DNA of 43,906 bases, from IMG/VR virus record IMGVR_UViG_2811995274_000001; one strand, given 5' to 3'. The notes below the pieces were generated by a model. It worked only from the letters and a program-made list of their open reading frames with translations. It had not been told where the DNA came from and searched no databases. Source of the DNA: an uncultured virus (IMG/VR IMGVR_UViG_2811995274_000001). Taxonomy: Duplodnaviria; Heunggongvirae; Uroviricota; Caudoviricetes. The translations under genes were made by a program, and so were the position numbers. Positions 28,901-37,388 of this stretch are shown in pieces (the first letter of the stretch is position 1; each line of letters begins with the position of its first letter).

Positions 28901-29404
28901 GGAACTTTGCAAAATATTAGCTCTAGTGGAATTATAAACCAAAATATTATTGTTTCGGCTACTACTGCAAATTTAATTTCTACAAATTATAGTTATGATT
29001 TTAAAATAGAATACGCAACTTCTACCGATACTAATGCTACTTATGCTAATATAAAATATCCTTTATATCGTTTCGGCAATAATATTAGTTCTACTTGGCC
29101 AAGTGGACAAAACTATGGCGGAAATCTTACCCCTATTGATGTTATTGCAATAAATACTGTATATGATTCAGCTATACAGTATCAATATACTAAGCCATTA
29201 CCAGACGAAATAAAATCTGTTTTTATTAAATTAGTTTGTAAAGATGGGGAACATTATTTAGGACATTTTACTAGAAACGAATTCGATCAATATGGAGATA
29301 TTTATCATTCTAAAATATTAGGAACAAAAAATAATTTTGATTTATTTAAAAGATTATACGATTCACAAGAAGTATTTACTTGTGTTGTTGGTATAGAAAC
29401 TTAA
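25985..29404 (+). CDS. Large putative receptor-binding/tail spike protein (1139 aa)
   Basis: TTG start with SD AGGAGGT; paralogue of 25272 with a ~690-aa aromatic-rich insert and a C-terminal B-repeat-like unit (ITIKQTPNQTIHV...KPDLWYVAG). Confidence 0.65.
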   Translation: MISKIGDTIVSGNLDIISSNTELNSDNVNIKNNTILLNSKETSNKISNNVAGLEINRGTSLPYQILYDERDSELKSGLSNNLKPISSEEYTTTNVTNAKTDLNTQIYKNDFMNELPKIGYYQEDTIEVLSKYNMNYQVNSTSHHITLENNGQEVLYTTANDGSLDTSVDMYKAIRNGNTNFTFYNTPIRPKCLENKSITSILYVDNNHMICSGKDFSNTLIDTKYTSQDSLWEIIYDSITTQITKDGYTLYNCYITKDRKFLISGFIINSPSNKQTSHFAIKIIRLSDLSLLQEFTFDNIFNYYRCNNGMTYSKTINDITDALDPKADTIPINWWISPGFLFDEENNIVSINMQQIRYYAFFNNTFSYQDHYGAHFPLCWKVDKTFWLGESKNITSLITSKFYPSDNMNTNYNSLYSKYSYDHINKYAYRISKIRDDKLVQVICFDLKKMTQGVNQEHYGDNNNAIVYNSQSLPLSPDSSYWGKKMNKIPFFNNTMFIQGESKAYGDKVIKINKFKWKNKDLRIIEPMPGQYNIDFDNKISKAISAVFNSSNKVTYRQKDNSVTYGYGQYSNNKIISYSMNIQEDYSYSWQQIDSIDWSFNANMMKDPDYTNISILSVVPNPIKNEYFLILRYNNTELDLPHTYKIFFGLLDKNKIFHSFGTSFIDKFDSGLKSTNDTAHNNLPNQTSITIYHIIYDAVNDWYIFGHNWYRQQSYATNYSMIKFINNNTDIEMHSINPKNSITYDYTTIINNNFKITYSGPTLGYIAATTYNNNSWVYNNKGVVTQKKILADDIQDNGIAYSDNDFLFNQKGYKYSWFLQSSQGLICYIPNIPIFLGGYFSVLNEVLSVDLKPNINNYIYLERDLNTNQLKAYALTTKDIEEGSKQFSRILLARILTNEANPIETEYYRINTGYNDYTFYHKITIKQTPNQTIHVYTTENGQRVDHTTSFFVKINSNIQYSIEIKPDLWYVAGTLQNISSSGIINQNIIVSATTANLISTNYSYDFKIEYATSTDTNATYANIKYPLYRFGNNISSTWPSGQNYGGNLTPIDVIAINTVYDSAIQYQYTKPLPDEIKSVFIKLVCKDGEHYLGHFTRNEFDQYGDIYHSKILGTKNNFDLFKRLYDSQEVFTCVVGIET

Positions 29405-29455
29405 TAAAAAAAGAGATGTGCTATACATAAAGTATATTACATCTCTTTTTTTATT
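29403..29455. terminator. Bidirectional intrinsic terminator
   Basis: AATAAAAAAAGAGATGT ... ACATCTCTTTTTTTATT, 17-bp perfect arms. Confidence 0.85.
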
Positions 29456-29598
29456 GTTAAGATATTTAAGTCGTGAAATAATCTTTTTTATTATAAAAAA
29501 AAATTAATCAATAGTCAACTTTTCTAATAAATATATAATAATAACTAATTTAATAAGTAATATATGTATGTAAAAAAAATTATAAAGGAGAAAGATTT

Positions 29599-31287
29599 AT
29601 GACAATTTACAAACCTATGTTGAATCAAATCAATGGTGGTGCAGAACTAAGAAGTGATGTAGATGCATTACAGAAATCTTATGATGCTGCAAAAGTTATT
29701 ACTACTGTAAGTAAAGAAGAAGAAGGCAATTATAACGCTGATGAATTGTTTAAAAAAATTCAAAGCGATATTACTGCATTAGATTCTAAAACTGAATCAA
29801 ATTTAGAATCATTTAAAAATAAAGTAGTAAAAGATATTGTAAAAGTTGAAATGACTGCTACTTATGAAGTAGATCACTTTACAGTTACATTACCAGAAGA
29901 ATTTGATTCTTTAGTTCCTAGTGCTGATAAAGGAACACCTGTAGCTATTTATAATCTAGACAATAGCGCTGTAATTGGCGAAGATGGAGAACAGTTAACT
30001 ATTAATTTAACAAATATGACTTTATCTGGAACACCATCTAAAATAGATCCTGAAGGATCAGCTGGATTAGAAGAAGGCGAAATTGCTTATAAACCTATTC
30101 AAGAAACTTTTAAATTTAAATGTTTTCCAGTAGGTACTTTTAGCTTATTTAATATTCCAGATAATTATCTTCTTGATAATTCTGAAATGCAACTTGTTCA
30201 TTATGACAAAGCCTTACATTCTATCGTTGCTGATTTAGCTCAAGATCAATCTTTAATAGATAAAATTTCTGGATTAGTTGGTGAAGAAGCAGTAGCTTCT
30301 CAAATTAATAAAGTAAAAGCTGAATTAGTTCGAACAGATGAAGAGTTAAAACAACGTGCAACTGCTATTGAAGTTTATGTAAAAGAAGCAGGTTTAGATG
30401 CTAACTCTAAAAAAGTTATTAACGTAGCAGATGGAGAAATTGTTTCTGAAGGTAAAAACGCTGTTAACGGTGGTCAGGTTTATACTGTTAAAACAACATT
30501 AGAAGCCAAAGATACTGAATTAGAACAATCTATAACTGAATTAGAAGAAAATGTAACAACTAATCATGAAGCATTGTCTGGTCGTGTAACTAAAGTTGAA
30601 GCTTATGTTAAAGAAACAGGCTTAAATGCTAATTCTAAAAAAATCGTTAATGTTCTTGATGGAGATATCTCTGAGTCTAGTACAGATGCTGTTAATGGAA
30701 AACAGTTAGATACTATTAATAAAGCATACAAAGCAGCAGATGCTGGATTACAAGCATCTATTTCTAGCGTACAAGAAGATTTAGAAGCTAAAAATTCAGC
30801 AATGAACGATCGTGTAGCTATTATTGAAGGCTTTGTTACTAGTGGTGGCATTAATGCTGGAAATAAGAAAGTTACTAATGTGTTAGATGGCGAAATTGCT
30901 TCTGAAAATAAAGATGCTGTTAATGGTGGACAAGTATACGCAATTAAAACAGCATTAGAAGCTAAAGACGCAGAAATAGAAGGTAAACTTTCTGCTGCTA
31001 CTGTTAAAGTAACATTACCTGTAGAACATGTACAAGAATTTGCGCTTAATGGTGAAGCTATGACAGAATTTGTCTTAGAAGCTAAACCAAATTCTTATAA
31101 AGTTACTATGAACGTAAATGGTATTGTTTACGAAGAAGGTATGGGAGCATTTACTGTAGATAGAGAAAGTGAAAATAAACTTACTTGGGTAGCTCCGGAC
31201 TTTGAACTTAAACAAGATGTTGCAAAAAAAGTTTTTGTACGTTTCGTAGAAAATAAAGAAAGTTCAATTGCTTTAACTTTAGGATAA
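29599..31287 (+). CDS. Fibre protein with three YadA-stalk (trimeric autotransporter neck)-like repeats
   Basis: Units at 30394, 30622 and 30850 (228-nt period): [L/I].A..KK[V/I].NV.DG.I......AVNG.Q, each followed by a heptad coiled coil; no signal peptide or beta-barrel anchor seen. Confidence 0.75.
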   Translation: MTIYKPMLNQINGGAELRSDVDALQKSYDAAKVITTVSKEEEGNYNADELFKKIQSDITALDSKTESNLESFKNKVVKDIVKVEMTATYEVDHFTVTLPEEFDSLVPSADKGTPVAIYNLDNSAVIGEDGEQLTINLTNMTLSGTPSKIDPEGSAGLEEGEIAYKPIQETFKFKCFPVGTFSLFNIPDNYLLDNSEMQLVHYDKALHSIVADLAQDQSLIDKISGLVGEEAVASQINKVKAELVRTDEELKQRATAIEVYVKEAGLDANSKKVINVADGEIVSEGKNAVNGGQVYTVKTTLEAKDTELEQSITELEENVTTNHEALSGRVTKVEAYVKETGLNANSKKIVNVLDGDISESSTDAVNGKQLDTINKAYKAADAGLQASISSVQEDLEAKNSAMNDRVAIIEGFVTSGGINAGNKKVTNVLDGEIASENKDAVNGGQVYAIKTALEAKDAEIEGKLSAATVKVTLPVEHVQEFALNGEAMTEFVLEAKPNSYKVTMNVNGIVYEEGMGAFTVDRESENKLTWVAPDFELKQDVAKKVFVRFVENKESSIALTLG

Positions 31288-31298
31288 AATACATATAA

Positions 31299-31346
31299 TT
31301 ATAATAAAAGCCTCCCTATAAAAAAAAGGGGAGGCTTTTATTATAA
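31299..31346. terminator. Intrinsic terminator
   Basis: TTATAATAAAAGCCTCCC ... GGGAGGCTTTTATTATAA, 18-bp arms. Confidence 0.88.
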
Positions 31347-31406
31347 CGACATATTTTTATAGTAATACTTTTTTAGATATTATAAAGATGTTATGAGGTG
31401 AATACA

Positions 31407-32789
31407 ATGTCTAGAAGAATGCCTAGAGGTGTTCGTAAAGTAAATGAAAACATAATACAAGATGGTCGTTCTTTAATCATAAATGAAGAAAATGAAAAAA
31501 ATATATCATGGGAAAATATACCTGATGGTTCAATAAAAATAAATTCTTCTAATGGTATGATGTATGTAAAAATAAAAGGAGAATCTGACTGGATTCCAGC
31601 TGGAATAAAAAATGATGGTACCTTATCTATAGCTAAAGATACATTTATCATAGAAGAAATATTTACTATAAAAACTTTATCTGATGGTAATGGAGAATTT
31701 TCTTATTATAATACAGAAGGAGAAGTACGACACGGAGAATTATTGGAAGACGGTTCTTATGTATTTACATTAGAAAAAGGCTCTTATCCTATGCTTAGAA
31801 ATCATTTAGAAATTATAATTGATGATGCATTACGTAGAACAGCTATTTCTGGTGGAATAAAAGAAATATCTAATACAAAATTTGCTATAACTGAAAAATT
31901 AGTTGTAGATCAAGAAATTACTGTAAGGTATTTAAGTAGTAATAGGATAGGAAATCCTTATCCTAGAATATTTTTAACTTCATATACTCCAGAACAGGCA
32001 GAAAACGGAGATTTATGGTTAGATTATGATGCAACATTAGATGATGATGATTTAATAGGAGAAGATATTGAAGCTGATACTGTAATAGGTTGGGATAGAA
32101 TCGTTGGGAAGCCAACTACAATAAATGGATATGGTATTATAGACAATATTTCTTATGTAGACCATAAACATAAAATGGAAGATATTACTGATTTAAGTTT
32201 TCCAAATACTAATAAAGCTAATGGTGGTAATGCGGATACAGTAAATCACTATACTGCTGATAATAATAAGCCAAATACATTAGCTATTTTAGACTCTATA
32301 GGGCAATTACCATCTGCTAATATAGGTTCTCATAGACATAATGTGACAGATATAATAGACCTAAATAATTTTAAGCCAACAGGCGGTAATGCAGATACAG
32401 TAAATCATTATACAGCGGACAATAATAATCCTAACACATTAGCTATTTTAGATTTAAATGGACAAATTCCTTCTAATAAAATAGCTTCTCATAAACATAA
32501 TATATCAGATATAAATGATTTAAACAGTAAAATTTCTAATATAGAAAATTCTTTAAATGCAATTTTTACTAGAGGAATGATTATACAATGGTATGGATCA
32601 GCTTCTACTCCTCCATCTGGATGGGCAATTTGCAATGGATCTAATGGGACACCAGATTTACGTAATAAATTTATTGTAGGAGCTGGTTCTTCATATAATT
32701 TAGGAAATGCAGCAAGCGTAGTTTCTAAACAATCAGGCACAGTATCTAATTCTACAATATATGCTTTGTACTATATTATGAAATTATAA
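31407..32789 (+). CDS. Tail fibre protein with C-terminal tail-collar domain
   Basis: Start moved to ATG 31407 (SD GAGGTG); WDRIVGKPTTINGYGI, HxH...DI.DL fibre motifs; GMIIQWYGS...PPSGWAICNGSNGTPDLRNKFIVGAG...YALYYIMKL. Confidence 0.88.
   Translation: MSRRMPRGVRKVNENIIQDGRSLIINEENEKNISWENIPDGSIKINSSNGMMYVKIKGESDWIPAGIKNDGTLSIAKDTFIIEEIFTIKTLSDGNGEFSYYNTEGEVRHGELLEDGSYVFTLEKGSYPMLRNHLEIIIDDALRRTAISGGIKEISNTKFAITEKLVVDQEITVRYLSSNRIGNPYPRIFLTSYTPEQAENGDLWLDYDATLDDDDLIGEDIEADTVIGWDRIVGKPTTINGYGIIDNISYVDHKHKMEDITDLSFPNTNKANGGNADTVNHYTADNNKPNTLAILDSIGQLPSANIGSHRHNVTDIIDLNNFKPTGGNADTVNHYTADNNNPNTLAILDLNGQIPSNKIASHKHNISDINDLNSKISNIENSLNAIFTRGMIIQWYGSASTPPSGWAICNGSNGTPDLRNKFIVGAGSSYNLGNAASVVSKQSGTVSNSTIYALYYIMKL
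32223..32525 (+). repeat. Two-copy 159-nt (53-aa) internal duplication
   Basis: GGNADTVNHYTADNN.PNTLAILD..GQ.PS..I.SH.HN..DI.DLN starting at 32223 and 32382, synonymously diverged. Confidence 0.85.
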
Positions 32790-32804
32790 TAAGGAGGTAC
32801 GTTA

Positions 32805-34496
32805 ATGGCGCTAGATAATAAATATGATAATTTTTCTAAATACAAAGGAAAAATAAAGATTAGAAATTTAGATCCAGAAGTTATTTCTCTTATTAACACA
32901 GGAGGATCTTCTGGTGGTTCTGGATACGATGATACAGAAATAAGAAATGATCTAGAGTCTATTCATGATACATTAGATTCTCATGATAATTTAATTAATA
33001 ATATTAACACTAAAATTAGTAGTGCTGCTACGAAAACAGAATTAAATCAATTTAGGAGAAAAGATGTTGATATTACATATAATGACTTAGATCCTGATCT
33101 AAAAGAAAGATTAAGAAATAAAGATTCAGGATCCGGTGGTTCATCAGACAATGATGACGATATTTTAACGGAATTGGAAGAATTAAAATCAAAAGTAACT
33201 ATTAATACTGGAAATATTAACAATAATACTTCAAATATTAATAGCATATCACAAGCATTAGATAACTATAAAACAGAATCTACTAACAAAAATAATGAAC
33301 AAGATGCTACTATTTCTAGCAATACTAATAGAATTCAACAGTTAGAAAATAAAGTTACTGAAAATAATGAAATTACTTTTGATGATTTAGATCCAGATTT
33401 AGCTGTTAAAATTGAACAAATTAATAATTTTTCTTCAGATATTAATAGTCTTGAACAAAAAGTGTCTAATAATACATTAAGTATAAGTAATATTAATTTA
33501 GATCTTTCTAATTTAACATCAAACTTCTCAGATTTAAGTCAAAGCATTGATTCAAAAATTAATAATATTAATGAAGTTGTTGAACAAAATACTAATAATA
33601 TTGACGATATAGATAATACATTAAATACATTAACAATTGATAAAATTATTAGTTTCACTAATACTCCTGAAGAGCCAGATAAAGGAAAAATAAAAATTAA
33701 TAATTTAACTTCTGATTTAGCAGATAAAATTAATAATTTATCTAGCTTTAGTACAGATATAGAAGATATTAAAAATTCAATTATTCATCCAGGTAGAAAT
33801 ATAATTGGACAAGATAATCAATTTGTATATAAAAATGGAGAAGATTTATACACAAAAAGAATATTTTCTTTTTTTAATACAGCTTCAACAGAAGAAGAAT
33901 TTTCATCTCTGAAAACTCAAAATAAAAGTCCAATTTACTACAGAGTAGATAATAATATATATGAAGTATCTGGATCAGATTGGATAGCTGTTGAGGACGG
34001 TTTATCAAATGTAAATTATAATAATATTTATTTGTTCGATCCTGAACATGGAAGTTTTTACTTTAATGACAATGGATCTTTAATCAACATTTTATCTCAA
34101 GATGATATGGATAAAGGCTTGTTCTTGGGTAATTGGTCATTTATACCAGGCGAAAATACTTTTCAACTTAAATATTTAGACGACGTTTTTCAAGAATGGA
34201 GCGTTTCTGATACAGATACAAATACATTAAACGATAATATTTCTTTAATGTCCTTAAATGATAATGATAAAAATGATGAATATACTGAATTAATTTATAC
34301 AATAAACAAAAAAGATTCTACATCTATAAAATTAAACAAAAAACAACAGTATACATGTAAAATACTAATATTAGATAAAGCAACTGGACTATACACTGAT
34401 TATGATTATAAAATGTTTAAAACATATTATCTATCAGATAGTATAAAAATTTTTAATTTAACAGATTCATCAATAACAATCAAAATAGTATATTAA
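32805..34496 (+). CDS. Coiled-coil fibre-like structural protein
   Basis: SD AAGGAGGT; repeated I...[N/D]LDP[D/E] motifs, GGSSGGSGYDDTEIR linker, Asn-rich heptads. Confidence 0.6.
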   Translation: MALDNKYDNFSKYKGKIKIRNLDPEVISLINTGGSSGGSGYDDTEIRNDLESIHDTLDSHDNLINNINTKISSAATKTELNQFRRKDVDITYNDLDPDLKERLRNKDSGSGGSSDNDDDILTELEELKSKVTINTGNINNNTSNINSISQALDNYKTESTNKNNEQDATISSNTNRIQQLENKVTENNEITFDDLDPDLAVKIEQINNFSSDINSLEQKVSNNTLSISNINLDLSNLTSNFSDLSQSIDSKINNINEVVEQNTNNIDDIDNTLNTLTIDKIISFTNTPEEPDKGKIKINNLTSDLADKINNLSSFSTDIEDIKNSIIHPGRNIIGQDNQFVYKNGEDLYTKRIFSFFNTASTEEEFSSLKTQNKSPIYYRVDNNIYEVSGSDWIAVEDGLSNVNYNNIYLFDPEHGSFYFNDNGSLINILSQDDMDKGLFLGNWSFIPGENTFQLKYLDDVFQEWSVSDTDTNTLNDNISLMSLNDNDKNDEYTELIYTINKKDSTSIKLNKKQQYTCKILILDKATGLYTDYDYKMFKTYYLSDSIKIFNLTDSSITIKIVY

Positions 34497-34510
34497 AAAG
34501 GAGAAATAAT

Positions 34511-35470
34511 ATGGCAATTTTAAAATATAATAAAGATAATAAATGGACGTCTTTATATTCTGATGCAATAAAAAATAGATTAAAAAAATCAAATAATTTA
34601 TCAGACTTAGAAAATATAGAAGAAGCTAGGACTAATTTAGAGCTTACTGGAGATAATAATCATACACATTACCATGATGATAGATACCTTCCAAAAATAG
34701 AAGCAGAACAAGAACAACGTATTGCTGAAGATAATAGTATTAAAGAAATGATAAGTTCACAAACCAATGAAATTAATAATTCAATTAATACAGCAATAGA
34801 TTCTGTAAATAAAACTATTGAAGAAAAAATAGATTCTAAAATTAATGATAAATATTCAGAATTAAAAAATGACATCAAAGAAGAAGCAGATATTAGAGCA
34901 TCTGAAGATGCCAAATTAAAAAATTCAATTTCTTCGTTAACTAATACTATTAATTCTATTAATAATTCTATGGATAGCAAAAACGATGAATTACAACAAA
35001 AATTAGAGAACGAAATATCCGAAAGAAAAAATCAAGATACACTTGCTTCTAATGATAGAAATAGCATAAAGACAAAACTAAATAATGAAATAGAAGAAAG
35101 AAAGAATCAGGATATTATTGCTTCTAATGATAGGAATACTATAAAAAATAGTATTTTAACTGAAACATCTGAAAGAAAAACAGCCGATCAAAATCTACAA
35201 AATCAAATAAACGCCAATAAAAATCAAGTTAATACTTTGTTATCTAAACAAACAGTTTCTGGATCAACCCAAGGAGCAATTTCAAGTGTGGGAGATTATG
35301 ATTCCGGTACATATCGTACAACTTTTAAAACTAATACTGGAATAGGTTCTGGCACATACAGTTTAAATGATTTACTTATTAAACTTGTACAAATGAGTCA
35401 TACTCATAGCGGTTCATCTGCAAAAATAAACTGCAACTGTAATTGCAATTGTAATAGCCATAGTCACTAA
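34511..35470 (+). CDS. Fibre-like coiled-coil protein with C-terminal (Asn-Cys)4 motif; candidate radical SAM substrate
   Basis: LKKSNNLSDLENIEEARTNL and HTHYHDDRY fibre motifs; E..ER..[Q/A]D coiled-coil repeats; ends SHTHSGSSAKINCNCNCNCNSHSH. Confidence 0.7.
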   Translation: MAILKYNKDNKWTSLYSDAIKNRLKKSNNLSDLENIEEARTNLELTGDNNHTHYHDDRYLPKIEAEQEQRIAEDNSIKEMISSQTNEINNSINTAIDSVNKTIEEKIDSKINDKYSELKNDIKEEADIRASEDAKLKNSISSLTNTINSINNSMDSKNDELQQKLENEISERKNQDTLASNDRNSIKTKLNNEIEERKNQDIIASNDRNTIKNSILTETSERKTADQNLQNQINANKNQVNTLLSKQTVSGSTQGAISSVGDYDSGTYRTTFKTNTGIGSGTYSLNDLLIKLVQMSHTHSGSSAKINCNCNCNCNSHSH

Positions 35471-35505
35471 GAAAGGAAAGATAATTAAAAAGAAGGAGAA
35501 TGTAT

Positions 35506-36213
35506 ATGAATTTATATAGTTATAAAACTACAAAAGATTGTCCTTTTCAGACTATAATTGTTAAAGATAATATTATAACATTAAGTATAACTTTAAATAA
35601 CCAAAGAGATGCATATATAAAAACAAAAATTATAGATATATCAAAATTGGATAAAAATAAGATATATACTTTAAATTATTTAATAGATGGATATTATCAA
35701 TTTTTAATTGATGATGAACATGAACCAATTTCTGAATATGCAGCTTTAAGAATATACATATCTAATAATAATGCTGTCGAATTATATTCTCCTATAAATA
35801 TTTACATATCTGAAACATCTGAACAAATCAATAGAATTTATTTAGATAATTTTGGTAAATTTAATTTTAGAGCAGAAATATCAAATAAATATCTAGAATA
35901 TCAAGAAAAAAGTAAAAAGATTGCTTATCATGATATGTTACATGATTTGATAGATGCTAATTACTCATGTACGTGTCAAGACGCTCAAATAGAAATTTTA
36001 ACAAAAATAATATTAAATATTCTAAAAAATAATCCTAAAATAATTACTGAGGACTGTTTGAGTAATTTAGATACAGTTATAAATTCATTAAACGACACAT
36101 CATTATTTAATATTAAAAATGAAGAAAGTATTATTAAAGAAATAGAAAACAAAAAATATATACGTAACTTACAAAAAGAATATTATTCTTTAAAAAGTAA
36201 TATGGAGGACTAA
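35506..36213 (+). CDS. Hypothetical protein; possible chaperone or accessory factor of the fibre/radical SAM locus
   Basis: SD AAGGAG spaced for ATG 35506; beta-like N-half, helical C-half; sits in the slot where fibre chaperones usually lie. Confidence 0.55.
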   Translation: MNLYSYKTTKDCPFQTIIVKDNIITLSITLNNQRDAYIKTKIIDISKLDKNKIYTLNYLIDGYYQFLIDDEHEPISEYAALRIYISNNNAVELYSPINIYISETSEQINRIYLDNFGKFNFRAEISNKYLEYQEKSKKIAYHDMLHDLIDANYSCTCQDAQIEILTKIILNILKNNPKIITEDCLSNLDTVINSLNDTSLFNIKNEESIIKEIENKKYIRNLQKEYYSLKSNMED

Positions 36214-36220
36214 ATATAAT

Positions 36221-36445
36221 ATGGATAATGTAAAGGATATATATATTAATAGCATTAATGAGCTCCACAAAGGCGCTATAGCAATATATGATGAGATTTT
36301 CATTAATAATATAAAATCATTTAAAGTTATCATTAATGATTATTCTGACAAATATATTGATAAATTAGCTATATTTGCAGATATATTAAATGATATGTCT
36401 AAACAATTTAACGTAGAAATAATGGTATCTATTAATGAAAAATAA
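36221..36445 (+). CDS. Small hypothetical protein (74 aa) coupled to the first radical SAM gene
   Basis: SD GGAGG; 3' end overlaps the start of 36435. Confidence 0.6.
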   Translation: MDNVKDIYINSINELHKGAIAIYDEIFINNIKSFKVIINDYSDKYIDKLAIFADILNDMSKQFNVEIMVSINEK

Positions 36446-37388
36446 AAAATTAGCTATTTATATAAACGATATATGTAATAGAAATTGTTCTTTTTGCTAC
36501 GTCAATAAAACAAATAAAATTATGACATTGGAGACCGCCAATAAAATTATTTCTTATATCAATGATAATGATATATATAAAACTATAATATTTGTTGGTG
36601 GCGAACCAACATTAACTCCTGACTTAATAAAATATTTTATAGATAATATTAAAATTAACGTAAAATATGGAGTAATGACTAATGGAATAATAAAAAATTT
36701 AGACATATTTAAACCATATAAAAATCTTACTTTTAATATATCATTTATCAATGAAAAAGATCCGGATAATTACTATAAAGAAATGACTATTAAAAAACTT
36801 AATGATTTAAATATTAAATATAATGCTTTGATAGTTAATACACCAAATAATATTGTTAATTTACTAAATATATTTAAATACATAATAAAATTAAAACCAA
36901 CATATATTAAATTATTGAGACAGCATAAAATGGGAGATATCTGGACATTAAATGATATATACAAATATAAAGAAATTCTTCCTAAATTAATACATTTTAG
37001 TATTTATTGTAAAGAAAAATTTAAAACATATAATCAGATAAGTTTGCCTAATAAAATAGACATACCTATACGATATAGTTCTGAAGTTTATGATAAATTT
37101 GAAATTAATTTAGTAGATCAAGATTCTATTTGTAAATATGATATTGTAGGAGTAGATGGAAAACAATACTTATGTGACGGAGCTTGTGGAGAGAATAAGT
37201 ATTGTTTTGGTTATATTTGGGATAAACCTAATAATCCGTACTTAATACATAATTTTGGATATGAAGATGTATTATATGATTATTGTTATTTAGCTAATAA
37301 TAAAGTATGTTTAGATTTCGATAAAATTAATGATGAATATAGAGATTATTATAATAATATTATTTCTAAGATTGAGGGATTAAAATGA
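36435..37388 (+). CDS. Radical SAM protein 1 (Twitch-like C-terminus)
   Basis: CNRNCSFC (CxxxCxxC), FVGGEPTL, MTNG; C-terminal SICKYDIVGVDGKQYLC. Confidence 0.92.
   Translation: MKNKKLAIYINDICNRNCSFCYVNKTNKIMTLETANKIISYINDNDIYKTIIFVGGEPTLTPDLIKYFIDNIKINVKYGVMTNGIIKNLDIFKPYKNLTFNISFINEKDPDNYYKEMTIKKLNDLNIKYNALIVNTPNNIVNLLNIFKYIIKLKPTYIKLLRQHKMGDIWTLNDIYKYKEILPKLIHFSIYCKEKFKTYNQISLPNKIDIPIRYSSEVYDKFEINLVDQDSICKYDIVGVDGKQYLCDGACGENKYCFGYIWDKPNNPYLIHNFGYEDVLYDYCYLANNKVCLDFDKINDEYRDYYNNIISKIEGLK

Noticed and set aside
29456..29598. tRNA or structured ncRNA in the larger intergenic gaps
   Set aside because: Extremely AT-rich with no cloverleaf or stable structure visible beyond the terminators.
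12712..35470. Diversity-generating retroelement or invertible shufflon driving fibre variation
   Set aside because: No reverse transcriptase, no template/variable repeat pair with adenine-specific mismatches, no inverted fibre cassettes and no adjacent invertase seen.
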